Below are positions 49,300 to 59,011 of a DNA stretch of 64,000 bases, one piece after another; within the stretch, counting starts at the first letter, position 1, and each line of letters begins with the position of its first letter. Source of the DNA: a virus (lineage: Duplodnaviria; Caudoviricetes); the IMG/VR virus record IMGVR_UViG_3300031555_004294, positions 128,001 to 192,000 of that record, one strand, 5' to 3'. Made by a program: the position numbers and the translations under genes. The notes under the pieces are model-generated. The model saw only the letters and a program-made list of their open reading frames with translations. It was not told where the DNA came from and did no database searches.

Positions 49300-50244
49300 T
49301 TATGCCCATGGAATTTGTGATTTTCTATAATAAGCCGATTGTTTACTGCTAGAAATTTTAAAGTCGTCATATGCTTCTCTTGCGTCTTTAGGTAGTGAAG
49401 CATAGTTATCTTTAAAAAAGTTTTTGTCAAAAACCAAGTTCTTAGACTTGTCTAAAACACATAAACCTTTAGAATCTAAACCTTTTTCTATTGTTTCAAT
49501 CAGCTTGTAGTTGTAGATTCTAAAGAAATCACACCAATTTATATTTTCGTCCTTGTATTTTTCTAAGAAATATTTTGAGATGATGAAATTATGTTTTCCA
49601 TCAGTTCTATAGTTGTAACTTGTAAATTCGTAAATGTCAATTCTATCTTTATATGTTTCAAAATTCTTAGGATTACAAAGGCAGATTGCATATTTTGAAA
49701 GGGATTTCCAATCTAACTTATCCTTGTACATTTCTACCTTTTTAAGAGAAATGTCAGTCTGACAGGATAATGCATGAAAGTCCATAGTACTACTTTTATC
49801 ATCAGTTAAGTATTTTAGACTTTCTTTTGGTAAGCCTTTTTTAGTTAAAAGCATAGGGATAAGACTATTTTCATTGAGTTCTTTATCGAATTCGTTTATG
49901 AATTCAATTGTAAATCGATTTCCATTACTTCTATAAACAAAATCTCGCCAGTCTATATAGTCTCGATTTACTTTTAAAAATTCCATGTTTATATTAACAT
50001 TTACACAGAGTTTTCCAAGATAAGGTTTTAAGTACTCGTAGAACTCATCTATGAATTCATCAGTAAGAGTATTACGAGTAGCAATTTGGTACCAAGAAAT
50101 ATTACTTTTATATTTCCTGATAATCTCTACATCTTCTGGTTTTGTTATTTTTAGTTTCTTTGTAAATTCGTATGGTTTATCAATAATTCCACTTAATACC
50201 AAATCGAATTCTTTTTGTTTTGCTGTTTTCTTTGTGTTAGCCAT
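49300..50244 (-). CDS. tryptophan-repeat protein, divergent
   Basis: KQKEFDL; xxW repeats. Confidence 0.75.
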   Translation of the reverse strand: MANTKKTAKQKEFDLVLSGIIDKPYEFTKKLKITKPEDVEIIRKYKSNISWYQIATRNTLTDEFIDEFYEYLKPYLGKLCVNVNINMEFLKVNRDYIDWRDFVYRSNGNRFTIEFINEFDKELNENSLIPMLLTKKGLPKESLKYLTDDKSSTMDFHALSCQTDISLKKVEMYKDKLDWKSLSKYAICLCNPKNFETYKDRIDIYEFTSYNYRTDGKHNFIISKYFLEKYKDENINWCDFFRIYNYKLIETIEKGLDSKGLCVLDKSKNLVFDKNFFKDNYASLPKDAREAYDDFKISSSKQSAYYRKSQIPWA

Positions 50245-50554
50245 TTGTTATATAACCTTCCTTTTTCATTTCTTCTACGAGATCTTTTGATAAGTATTGA
50301 GAGTAGCAAATAATTTGCCAATCAATTTTATTTTTGAATTCCCTAATAAAATCTTCGGATAAATGTTGGTAGCGAGAAATCTTTTGCCAATCAAGTATAT
50401 CTTGGAATTCTCTTATAAAATCTTCTGGTAAATTTTGACTACATTGACAAGTAAACCAAAATCTTTCAGAATTATATTTTTCCTTATAGCGTTTCCATAA
50501 GTCTCTATATTTGACTTCCAGATCAAATATCTGTTGCTTGGTTAGTTTTATCAT
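50237..50554 (-). CDS. tryptophan-repeat protein
   Basis: LTKQQIFDL. Confidence 0.85.
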   Translation of the reverse strand: MIKLTKQQIFDLEVKYRDLWKRYKEKYNSERFWFTCQCSQNLPEDFIREFQDILDWQKISRYQHLSEDFIREFKNKIDWQIICYSQYLSKDLVEEMKKEGYITNG

Positions 50555-51159
50555 TAAATATAACCTTCCTTTTTTATCCTATCGATAAATTCTTTAGACA
50601 AGTGTTTATGTCGTCCAAGTATCACTATATTCTTCCAATTTAATCTATCTTTAAATTCTTCCATAAAGTTTTCAGTAAAATTTTTATGACAGTTTGCTGA
50701 TAGTACAGCCCAATCTATCTTATTCTGAAATTCTCGTATAAAGTCTTCTGATAGATTACTATTTATCATCGAAATAACTACCCAATCAACATGATCTTGA
50801 AATTCTCGTATAAAGTCTTCTGATAATTTTTGAGCGTAAGAAATACCTTTCCAAATAACTTTATCTTTAAACTCTCTTATAAAATCTTCAGATAATTTTT
50901 GATAATAGGAAATATTCTCCCAGTCTACTTTATCTTTAAACTCTCGTATAAAGTCTTCTGATAAAGTTGAGTGACAAGAAATATGTTTCCAATTTAAATT
51001 ATCCTGAAATTTTCTTATAAAGTCTTCAGATAGTTGTTTTGTCACTATATGACTCCAAAATCCTTTGTTATTATATTTCCCTTTATAAGAATAATCATTC
51101 CAAAGATGTCTATAAACAAATTCCAAATCAAACTTTTGTTTTTTAGTTAGTTTAGTCAT
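50554..51159 (-). CDS. tryptophan-repeat protein
   Basis: LTKKQKFDL; six repeats. Confidence 0.85.
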   Translation of the reverse strand: MTKLTKKQKFDLEFVYRHLWNDYSYKGKYNNKGFWSHIVTKQLSEDFIRKFQDNLNWKHISCHSTLSEDFIREFKDKVDWENISYYQKLSEDFIREFKDKVIWKGISYAQKLSEDFIREFQDHVDWVVISMINSNLSEDFIREFQNKIDWAVLSANCHKNFTENFMEEFKDRLNWKNIVILGRHKHLSKEFIDRIKKEGYI

Positions 51160-51192
51160 AGTAAATTTCTTCCTTTTTATTTTTCTACAACT

Positions 51193-51257
51193 AGAATATA
51201 TATTTCAAACAGTTTTTACTTTTTTAAGTAATTTTCCTATACAAAAACAATCCATTA
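51193..51257. promoter_or_regulatory. divergent early (minus, AATATATATTCT 51193-51204) and late (plus, AACAATCCATTA 51246-51257) promoters
   Basis: motif matches. Confidence 0.65.
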
Positions 51258-51285
51258 TAAAGTTTTACAACAAATACAGGAAAGG

Positions 51286-52074
51286 ATGGTGAACTTAGTT
51301 TTGTCTAGAACTGTTAATGAAACAGAAAAGAAATATCTGCTATCTTTAAAACGATCAGATATTACTACAGAACTTTTAAAAGAGCTATTTGCAGTTAGTA
51401 AAAACAATCCAAAATCAAAGTTTGAGCCAACTGATATTTTACAGCTAAATGCTAAAGAATACTATAATGAGAAACTAGTTACAACTACTGTTGGTCGCTT
51501 CATAGTAAATAAATGTCTTCTAGAACCTAAAATTATTGAGTTGATTGGTTACCAAGATATCGTAATTACCAAAAAAACTATGAAAAAATTAGACCAAAAA
51601 ATCATAGACGAATGCTTATTAACTGAGAAAATTACTATGACTGAAATGCATGACTATTTCGACCAATGTAACTGGTTGGCATATAGTTGTACTTATTTTA
51701 TAGTACCTTCATTGGATACTAAGATGTTCAAAGTTGATAAAGACATTTTAGGCATGAAAGAAAAATTGATTGAGGAAAATAAAGAAGCAGTTCAAAATAA
51801 TGATGTTGGCGTTATTTATAACATTGAACAACAACTGTTAACAGCTTCTAAAGAAAAAGTAAAGGACATTCCTGGCTATCAAATCTATGCATCTGGTGCT
51901 AGAGGTAGTTTTGATAACAATTATAAGAACAGTTGCCTTTTAAGGGGTAGTGTAATGAACTTTACTAATCCTTCAGAATTCCAATCCTCAATGGCTTCAC
52001 TGGTAGAAGGAATTCCTAAAGAAGATTTCCACATCTATGCAAATATCTTAACTGCAGGTACTTATGCACGTGCT
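51286..52074 (+). CDS. rpoC: RNA polymerase beta' C-terminal subunit (probably virion RNAP), exon 1; true start may be TTG 51301
   Basis: TTVGRFIVN, SGARG, SLVEG, TYARA. Confidence 0.88.
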
Positions 52075-52292
52075 AAACTAGTGATTCTTGGCACGTAAAT
52101 TCTTTAATTGCTGGAAGAGTAGAAAATACTTAATCAGCATCTCATAAAAATTTTTATGAGTTCAACGACTATATAGAACTTAAATGAGTTCGAAATGAGA
52201 ATTACTAGTTTTTAGTAAAGATATAGTCTTATCTTTAGAGAGATCTAAAGTTATAAAGGATAGGCTTAATGAACCTATACAAAAATTTTATG
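52075..52292 (+). ncRNA. group I intron (IA-like), 218 nt, no ORF
   Basis: P1 CGTGCT/GGCACG with U-G at splice site; P10 GTGATTCTT/AAGAACAC; core AATTGCTGGAA, AATCAGCA, GTTCAACGACTA, AAGATATAGTC; terminal G. Confidence 0.92.
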
Positions 52293-52662
52293 AAGAACAC
52301 TGAGGTTGGTGGTTACTTAGTTAAGCAATCTCGTTCAGGCTATCAACATCTAATGTTAGATGAAAAGGATAGTGATTGTGGTACTACAAAGTATTTAGAG
52401 ATAGTTTTAACAGACAATAACAAAGGTCTGTTTATGCTAAGATGGATTAAAGGAGACGATGGTAAATTAGTTCTTCTTGATGCTGATAATGTTAATCAGT
52501 ATGTAGGAAAGAAAGTAAAATTACGTTCTCCTTTGTATTGTACAAGTGATAAGATTTGCAGTAAATGTGCTGGAGAACTCTATTACAGGCTCAACATGAA
52601 TAATGTTGGTCTAGTTGCTGACCGTATCGCAAGTACCATCATGCAGAAATCTATGAAACAGT
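52293..52662 (+). CDS. rpoC: RNA polymerase beta' C-terminal subunit, exon 2
   Basis: KNTEVGGYLVK (bridge helix), DCGT, LRSPLYC, ICSKCAG. Confidence 0.9.
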
Positions 52663-52887
52663 TAAAATCGTATAGCTGTTTACAAATTCTTAAGAATTGC
52701 TGGAAGAGTCATAATGACAAATCAGCAGCCTAATTAAGTTAGGTTCAACGACTAACATACTACAGGAATCTGTAGTTTGTATAAGAACATCTACTTTAAA
52801 GCGAGAAAAAGTAGTAAAGATATAGTCTGAACTTCTATGAAAATAGAAGAAAATGTTGTGTCTAATAAACACACTTAAACATAATTG
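52663..52887 (+). ncRNA. group I intron (IA-like), 225 nt, no ORF
   Basis: P1 AAACAGT/GCTGTTT with U-G; same P/Q/R/S core motifs; terminal G; splicing gives MKQ-F-HDS. Confidence 0.92.
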
Positions 52888-52952
52888 TCCACGATAGTAC
52901 TATTAAAACTACAAAGCTTGATTTTGAATCTCATCTTGAGAGAATCGATTAA
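52888..52952 (+). CDS. rpoC: RNA polymerase beta' C-terminal subunit, exon 3
   Basis: completes trigger-loop MKQFH; FHDSTIKTTKLDFESHLERID*. Confidence 0.85.
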
Positions 52953-52997
52953 AAAAAAAGAATCCCTAATACTGTTTTAGTATTAGGGATTTTCTTT
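52953..52997. terminator. bidirectional terminator
   Basis: AATCCCTAATACT/AGTATTAGGGATT. Confidence 0.8.
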
Positions 52998-53274
52998 ATA
53001 GTTTCTTTAAACAATCTTTACTGTCCACATAAAATTTAGTAGCTTTATCATACAAAAACATACCAGGATCACCGACTTCAATAATTCTATCAAAATCATC
53101 ACGTAAGTATTCATAACAACTAACGCAAACATCTGATGGGAGTAATATTCTGCCAATCTCAACATAGTAATAGAAACAATCTTTTTCAGAACAGTATATT
53201 ACCAGTTTTTCTGATTCTTCTTTGTTAAGAAGAAAGTTGAACAATATTTCTTTTAAAGTATAAGTCTTTTCCAT
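52996..53274 (-). CDS. TLKQLIF family paralog
   Basis: start moved to MEKTYTLKEILFNF. Confidence 0.7.
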   Translation of the reverse strand: MEKTYTLKEILFNFLLNKEESEKLVIYCSEKDCFYYYVEIGRILLPSDVCVSCYEYLRDDFDRIIEVGDPGMFLYDKATKFYVDSKDCLKKL

Positions 53275-53284
53275 ATAACTTTTG

Positions 53285-53557
53285 TCAATACTTTCTAAAT
53301 AAGTTTTCGCTAATCTGATAAAATCTAGCATCAGCATTTTTAATAATAAAACCATCATAGATCATAATAAGGTATGGTGTTCTTGTATAAAAAGTTCCAG
53401 TTAGATTGGTATTAAAGTTAGCTGGAGTATTATTTTTAACAAAATTGTAAGATTCTTCAATATCTTTTTCAAAACAATAAATCGCTATCTTTTTTACTTT
53501 TTCATGATCCATGTTAAAATTAAACATGATTTCTTTTAAAGTACAAATTTCATTCAT
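53285..53557 (-). CDS. TLKQLIF family paralog
   Basis: TLKEIMFNF. Confidence 0.75.
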   Translation of the reverse strand: MNEICTLKEIMFNFNMDHEKVKKIAIYCFEKDIEESYNFVKNNTPANFNTNLTGTFYTRTPYLIMIYDGFIIKNADARFYQISENLFRKY

Positions 53558-53837
53558 ATTTTGGCAACCTCATAAACTTATCTTTATCAAACTGACCAAA
53601 AATTTCAAATTCTGATGGTTTTACTTTTCTATTTAACCATACCTCTACAGTTTTTAATCGATCATCTATTGCACTAGCATTAGTTGTATATGTGCGAAAA
53701 CCATTTTCATGTAGTTGATAGAGTATGTTTACCTTAGTTTGTTCATCACAGTCTAATCTAAGGTAGCACTTCCATAAACTATCATAGTTCATACAAAGAT
53801 AAAAGATTAGTTGCTTAAGAGTATAATACTCCATCAT
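53550..53837 (-). CDS. TLKQLIF family paralog
   Basis: YTLKQLIFYLCMN. Confidence 0.8.
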   Translation of the reverse strand: MMEYYTLKQLIFYLCMNYDSLWKCYLRLDCDEQTKVNILYQLHENGFRTYTTNASAIDDRLKTVEVWLNRKVKPSEFEIFGQFDKDKFMRLPKYE

Positions 53838-53839
53838 TT

Positions 53840-54133
53840 TTACCTACTTTCCCTAAATTTAGGTAATCTTACAAAAGTATCATCATCTACCTGACCAAAT
53901 ATTTCAACTTCATCAACTAGTCTGGTATTGCAGTAGACAGTAATGGTACGGTCTAATGGTTTATCAACAGAACAGTAACCAACAAAATATCTGTCAAATT
54001 TGTTTTCAATAAGTTTGGTAAGGATATTGTTTTTTACATTGTCCTCACAGTGTAGTTGAATGTGTGCAGTACTAATGTTATCTCGGTTTAAACACAGGAA
54101 GAAAAGTAACTGTTTAAAAGTATATTTTTCCAT
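53840..54133 (-). CDS. TLKQLIF family paralog
   Basis: start moved to MEKYTFKQLLFFLC. Confidence 0.75.
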   Translation of the reverse strand: MEKYTFKQLLFFLCLNRDNISTAHIQLHCEDNVKNNILTKLIENKFDRYFVGYCSVDKPLDRTITVYCNTRLVDEVEIFGQVDDDTFVRLPKFRESR

Positions 54134-54401
54134 AATTTTTCTTCTCCATTTTTGTAAATTTATCAGCATCAAATTGCTCAAACTTAATTATTGGACATGA
54201 TATATCTTTACAAATGTCTATTATTAAGCGACAATGTTTATAGTCTCCACGAATTACACGTATGACAAAAATATTGTTTTCACGTAATTGGTTTTCTATA
54301 TTTTCAATGTTCCCGTTAAGAGCATCAATATAACACTGACTAAACTTTTTCCTATTCATACAGAGATAAAAAATTAGTTGTTTAAGAGTATAAATTTCCA
54401 T
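54114..54401 (-). CDS. TLKQLIF family paralog
   Basis: YTLKQLIFYLCMN. Confidence 0.8.
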   Translation of the reverse strand: MEIYTLKQLIFYLCMNRKKFSQCYIDALNGNIENIENQLRENNIFVIRVIRGDYKHCRLIIDICKDISCPIIKFEQFDADKFTKMEKKNYGKIYF

Positions 54402-54403
54402 TA

Positions 54404-54703
54404 TTAAACAAATTCCTCCACTTTTAAAAACCTATCATCGTCAATCTCTTCAAATATAATTTTTCCATTTGCATTCCTATTAACAAGTACTGCTAAAGAA
54501 GAGTATAAATTGTTTTTTCTTGTACTTTCTTTATAGTATTGAGATTCACTAGTTACAATAAGCTTATTCTCTTCCAATTTCGTAATTACATCACGAACAT
54601 CTATATCTCTTATATCGCCAATATAACACACATAAAATTTCTCTCTGTTTAAACAAAGATAGAAGATCAGCTGCTTAAGACTATAAGTATTCATAGCTTT
54701 CAA
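54404..54703 (-). CDS. TLKQLIF family paralog
   Basis: YSLKQLIFYLCLN. Confidence 0.8.
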   Translation of the reverse strand: MKAMNTYSLKQLIFYLCLNREKFYVCYIGDIRDIDVRDVITKLEENKLIVTSESQYYKESTRKNNLYSSLAVLVNRNANGKIIFEEIDDDRFLKVEEFV

Positions 54704-54983
54704 TTTCCTCTGTTTTTATAAATTTATCACTGTCTAACTGTTTAAACTCAATAGAGCTATTTAGTGCTTTTTTGTTAAGTCGTAGTGTTAAGCTGCAATG
54801 TGTACGGATATCAAAGTGTGAGTCTACAATGTCAAACTTATTTTCAATTAACTGTTCCCATATCTTATCAACATCCTTTGGGTTTATGTTATAGATAAAA
54901 CATATTCTAAACTGTTTGTCCTTAATCATACACAAATAGAAGATCAACTGCTTAAGGTTATAAACTTCTTGTTCCATCTTCAT
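54681..54983 (-). CDS. TLKQLIF family paralog
   Basis: YNLKQLIFYLCM. Confidence 0.8.
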   Translation of the reverse strand: MKMEQEVYNLKQLIFYLCMIKDKQFRICFIYNINPKDVDKIWEQLIENKFDIVDSHFDIRTHCSLTLRLNKKALNSSIEFKQLDSDKFIKTEEIESYEYL

Positions 54984-54992
54984 ATAACTCCT

Positions 54993-55547
54993 TCAAATAT
55001 CAAACTCAATGTTATTAAAATTGATAAACTTTACTCTATCATTGTACAAAGCTGCATAAGTATTAAGACGTTCTTCATTGTCATAAATTATACTTAGCGT
55101 TAAGCCACCATTATCCATATAAAGTTCAAACCACAAAGGACTCATCCAAATACTCTCTGTTATAGTTGGCTTGAAAATGTACTCATTTTCATCACCAAAT
55201 CGTTTACCTTCTAAAAGGTCAAACATATTAGTTGATGGCTTTTGTGGAATGACTATATTGTTGTAAGAATATTCTACTTGGGTAGTTGCTACCTCAATTT
55301 CTGGAGCATTGTAGTCAATATTTATTGACTGGTGGATACAGTGAGCGACAAAATTTTGTATAGCTTCTTCTGTTGGTAGTGAACTTTTGTCAAAGAAAAT
55401 AAAGTAGACATTATTATCAAAAGCTGCATTAAAGATAAGCTTCTTTAATGATACCTTTTCTGGTGTATAACATTCCCATTTTGCAATAATCCTAATGACA
55501 TTATTTGCACCACAGAACCAATTATCATGAGTCGAAATATCAAACAT
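54993..55547 (-). CDS. hypothetical protein with internal SLKKLIFN motif
   Basis: ORF with RBS. Confidence 0.7.
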   Translation of the reverse strand: MFDISTHDNWFCGANNVIRIIAKWECYTPEKVSLKKLIFNAAFDNNVYFIFFDKSSLPTEEAIQNFVAHCIHQSINIDYNAPEIEVATTQVEYSYNNIVIPQKPSTNMFDLLEGKRFGDENEYIFKPTITESIWMSPLWFELYMDNGGLTLSIIYDNEERLNTYAALYNDRVKFINFNNIEFDI

Positions 55548-55636
55548 AAAAATTGCCTTTCTTTTAAAAATTTATAAGTTTAACAATTCAATAAAGAATT
55601 CGTAATTTTCATTCACTAAGGGAGGGTAAATAAATC

Positions 55637-55936
55637 ATGACTGTATCACAGTTTAATGCTATTATGGACGGAAAGTCCTTTAAAGATGATGTTGTATTTA
55701 TTCTAGCATCAGAGAATACTAAGATCAACTCTACTAGATTTGAAAAAGTAGAGATTGATGAAGGTAATAATCTTTTAAAAGCTTACATTTTACATCCTAA
55801 GTCTACTGCAGAAAATCCAATATATGTTGAGAGTTTTGTAATTGATTTGGATCACATTATAGCTTTCCAGTTTAAGAATGGTTTTGGTAATGATTTACTA
55901 AATGGCTTACAAAATGTCATGTTGACCGATTACTAA
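55637..55936 (+). CDS. late hypothetical protein inserted against the array orientation
   Basis: GGGAGG RBS, late promoter AACAATTCAATA at 55582-55593, terminator at 55946-55989. Confidence 0.75.
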   Translation: MTVSQFNAIMDGKSFKDDVVFILASENTKINSTRFEKVEIDEGNNLLKAYILHPKSTAENPIYVESFVIDLDHIIAFQFKNGFGNDLLNGLQNVMLTDY

Positions 55937-55989
55937 TTTTGAAAAAATTTTTCTCTTATATCTCTAAAATGGGATATAAGAGAAAAATT

Positions 55990-56448
55990 TCATTTAGATA
56001 GGAACTTTGATGGAACTTTACATTTACTTGCAATTTGTGCTTGAATGTAAGACACCATATCATCTGGTCCCATCATTCTTCGAATACAAAAAGTATACAC
56101 TCGTCTGTTAACAATTACCGTATATGGTTTTACTGTTTCTTCGTAAATTGAAATATCATACTTCTCAACTAGACTGTTAATAACTACTTCTCTTTCCCCA
56201 AATGGAACAAATAGTACTAGAGGGGTATGAATTCCAAATTGTGATTTACTAATTTCTTCTAGCCTATACTCATTATATTTTCTAGCAACACTATCGATTC
56301 CAAATAATTCATACAGTTCGTCTAAAATGGCTAGTATAACTTCTTTGTCCTCACACAAAGTTAGACCAAAGAAACTAATGGAATGGTCTCCATAAAGCAT
56401 GTCTCTTTCAAACACTACCTGTCGTATTGTTTTTCTTAATTCTTCCAT
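55990..56448 (-). CDS. TxKQVxFE family paralog
   Basis: TIRQVVFERDM. Confidence 0.8.
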   Translation of the reverse strand: MEELRKTIRQVVFERDMLYGDHSISFFGLTLCEDKEVILAILDELYELFGIDSVARKYNEYRLEEISKSQFGIHTPLVLFVPFGEREVVINSLVEKYDISIYEETVKPYTVIVNRRVYTFCIRRMMGPDDMVSYIQAQIASKCKVPSKFLSK

Positions 56449-56464
56449 TTTGATCTCTCTTTCA

Positions 56465-56926
56465 TTAGTCTAGATTATCAAATGAGAAATTTTTGTAATC
56501 TACATACAATAAGTTAGCTTCTCCATTACAAAAAGGAGCATGATTTTTGTGTTCAATAATTGCCCACTCTTTGCAATCAGGTTTTTCAATACGATGTTCT
56601 ATGTTAACAAAAATATCTTTTGAGTTATTATAGAGTACAATGACTATAACCAGAGGAAGATCGTGAGTCCTACAAAATATTTCTGGATTTACTAAATTTT
56701 CTGGAGTTAGTTCACGTTTAATGAAATTAGAAAATATCACATAGTAACCAGGTTTTCCAAAATATTCTGCAATCTTTTCTCCATTTCTTTGTAGCTTCCA
56801 AATATTTTGTATGAAATTACAAAGATCCTTTTGAGTTTTAAAGTAATAATTACAAATTTCCACATAGTTACAGTCATTTGTAAATGCTGTAAATCCTAAT
56901 GATTTTAAATTATACGTATTTGCCAT
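56465..56926 (-). CDS. hypothetical protein
   Basis: probable start MANTY with GGAG RBS. Confidence 0.65.
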   Translation of the reverse strand: MANTYNLKSLGFTAFTNDCNYVEICNYYFKTQKDLCNFIQNIWKLQRNGEKIAEYFGKPGYYVIFSNFIKRELTPENLVNPEIFCRTHDLPLVIVIVLYNNSKDIFVNIEHRIEKPDCKEWAIIEHKNHAPFCNGEANLLYVDYKNFSFDNLD

Positions 56927-57350
56927 AATGTACATTCTCCAATTTTTTCCAACTGTAGTCTTCTGAAGAAATTTTTCCAATTATAATAGGACTAGATGCA
57001 TACTTAGGATCACTAATTGGTATAGTGTAAGTTTTTTCATCATCACCACAATGTAAATGCAAAATATAATTTATGTCAGTAGAAACAGCGAATATTATTT
57101 TTTTATCTGATCTTACTTCAATAAAAGCTTTACTTATAAAATGGTGTTCCATATTTAATTTCTTACGTATTCTTGTGATTTCCTGTTCATAACCCTCATA
57201 CTCATAGAACTCATATAGGAACTCTAAAAAATCTAATATAATAGCACGATCTGTAGGACACCTAAATTCTGTAAAGAAAACATCAGAATTTGGAAAGAAC
57301 ATATCTCTTTCAAATAGTATTTGTTTTATAGTTGTTTTTAAGTCTTCCAT
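56910..57350 (-). CDS. TxKQVxFE family paralog
   Basis: TIKQILFERDM. Confidence 0.8.
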   Translation of the reverse strand: MEDLKTTIKQILFERDMFFPNSDVFFTEFRCPTDRAIILDFLEFLYEFYEYEGYEQEITRIRKKLNMEHHFISKAFIEVRSDKKIIFAVSTDINYILHLHCGDDEKTYTIPISDPKYASSPIIIGKISSEDYSWKKLENVHYGKYV

Positions 57351-57351
57351 A

Positions 57352-57753
57352 TTATCTTACCACCCATCTATTTAAACAACGAAAATATATCTTGACTTGT
57401 TTTTCTTTATCTCTTGTAGTAATTGGTAACATAACAACTTTAACAGTATCTTCAAGATAATTTCTTCTACAATAGTCTCCATACATGTTAAGTTCTACAT
57501 CAGTTTTATTACTACGAATAGCTAGTTCTATGGATCTACTTTTATATCGTTTGATAGCTTTTCTTATATACTGTTTGTTTTCTTTTTTCTTACTATCATC
57601 ACCATATATTTCATAGATGTCATCTAAGAACTTAAATAACATTCCTCTATCTTCAGGTAACTGAAAACCAGTAAAAGTAAGGGAATGGTCTTTGTAATTC
57701 ATTTCTCTATCAAATATAACTTGCTTTAAAGTTGATGCTCCTTCAATTTCCAC
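57352..57753 (-). CDS. TxKQVxFE family paralog
   Basis: TLKQVIFDREM, GFQLP. Confidence 0.8.
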   Translation of the reverse strand: MEIEGASTLKQVIFDREMNYKDHSLTFTGFQLPEDRGMLFKFLDDIYEIYGDDSKKKENKQYIRKAIKRYKSRSIELAIRSNKTDVELNMYGDYCRRNYLEDTVKVVMLPITTRDKEKQVKIYFRCLNRWVVR

Positions 57754-58153
57754 TTTGATTATCTCCTTCCTGTTTAGATATTAGTAAACGACTCCTATGA
57801 ATATGTAAACCTTTTTTGTTATGTCTACCATTTACATAGTATAAACCTTGGTCTTCAGGATAGTAATCTTTTCCGCGTGCCAAGAGACAAACTTGATTAG
57901 TGGGTTTAAGACAATAAAGCCCAGGCAACCATATCTCTGTAAATTTTGTACCATGTAGTATGTAATAGTCTATCTCTTTTTCATTTAGTTCTTTTCTTCT
58001 ATCATCGTACTCTTTATATAGTTCATTAAGTACATTCAATAAGAGATCCTTATCTTTAGGAAGTTTAAAACCGTTAATATATAAAGATGAATCTTTATAA
58101 ACCATTTCTCTTTCAAACAGTACTTGTTTCAGAGTCCACATTTGTTGTTTCAT
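57743..58153 (-). CDS. TxKQVxFE family paralog
   Basis: start moved to MKQQMWTLKQVLFE; GLHIH. Confidence 0.8.
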   Translation of the reverse strand: MKQQMWTLKQVLFEREMVYKDSSLYINGFKLPKDKDLLLNVLNELYKEYDDRRKELNEKEIDYYILHGTKFTEIWLPGLYCLKPTNQVCLLARGKDYYPEDQGLYYVNGRHNKKGLHIHRSRLLISKQEGDNQSGN

Positions 58154-58592
58154 CTTTACTCTCCTTTTTCTCTCTGAGTATACAAGACTTATGTAAATAA
58201 AGTCCTCTAGATGGATGGTATCTTTTGCCATTTTCAGCAGTATAGCTACCGCCTGACCTAAAAGTTAGCTCTTGTTCATATGGATAATAAGCTGGTCCGT
58301 AATCGGTTATTACTGGAACCCATTTGTATAATTTATCTGGATACTTAAGCATATTTTTACAAGTTATTTGTATCTCTACAAACCTAGTACCAAGTCTAAT
58401 ACTTCGTTCCAATATCACGTCATTGCCTTCTCTACACTTATCTCCATATATGCCATAAAGCTCCTCTAAAACTTCTAATAAAAAATCCTTTTCTTTTGGA
58501 AGTTTAAAGCCATTAAAAGATAGACACTCTTTTGGATGGTTAAACTCTCTTTCAAATACTGCTCGTTTGACAGTACATTTCTGTTGTTTCAT
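58113..58592 (-). CDS. TxKQVxFE family paralog
   Basis: NGFKLP, GLYLH. Confidence 0.8.
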   Translation of the reverse strand: MKQQKCTVKRAVFEREFNHPKECLSFNGFKLPKEKDFLLEVLEELYGIYGDKCREGNDVILERSIRLGTRFVEIQITCKNMLKYPDKLYKWVPVITDYGPAYYPYEQELTFRSGGSYTAENGKRYHPSRGLYLHKSCILREKKESKDETTNVDSETSTV

Positions 58593-59010
58593 TTGTTTCT
58601 CCTATTTCTAGACAATCTTTATGTATGTGTAAACCACGATGGATGAAGCAATTTCTATATCTTCCACCTCTTTCAAGATATGTTTTATGACCGCCGTGTA
58701 AGAATAATAGATACTTTTGTTTTGGATAGCTATACTCATCTATAGATGTAACCAATATTTCATTCTGAGATAATATAATCGATACATAAAACTTACTTAA
58801 TTGAGAAAGTTTAATGTGTTTGTCTACTAATTCTTTAGGGAATTTCTGTTCAACTTTAGTAGAGTAATTTTCTAATATCTCGTCCAATGTTTTTATTAAA
58901 ACATCTTTGTCTTTAGGCATTTCAAAACCATTAAAATAAAGTGGCTCAGCACTACATTTTATTTCTTTTTCAAATAGTACCTGTTTGATAGTCCATTTCT
59001 GTTGTTCCAT
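58552..59010 (-). CDS. TxKQVxFE family paralog
   Basis: MEQQKWTIKQVLFE...GLHIHKDCLEIG. Confidence 0.85.
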   Translation of the reverse strand: MEQQKWTIKQVLFEKEIKCSAEPLYFNGFEMPKDKDVLIKTLDEILENYSTKVEQKFPKELVDKHIKLSQLSKFYVSIILSQNEILVTSIDEYSYPKQKYLLFLHGGHKTYLERGGRYRNCFIHRGLHIHKDCLEIGETNETTEMYCQTSSI

Positions 59011-59011
59011 T

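Noticed and set aside
52075-52952. ORF-track proteins 51286-52098 and 52269-52733 as separate genes, and antisense 52690-52872
   Set aside because: Their ends run into group I intron sequence; splicing yields one continuous beta' chain
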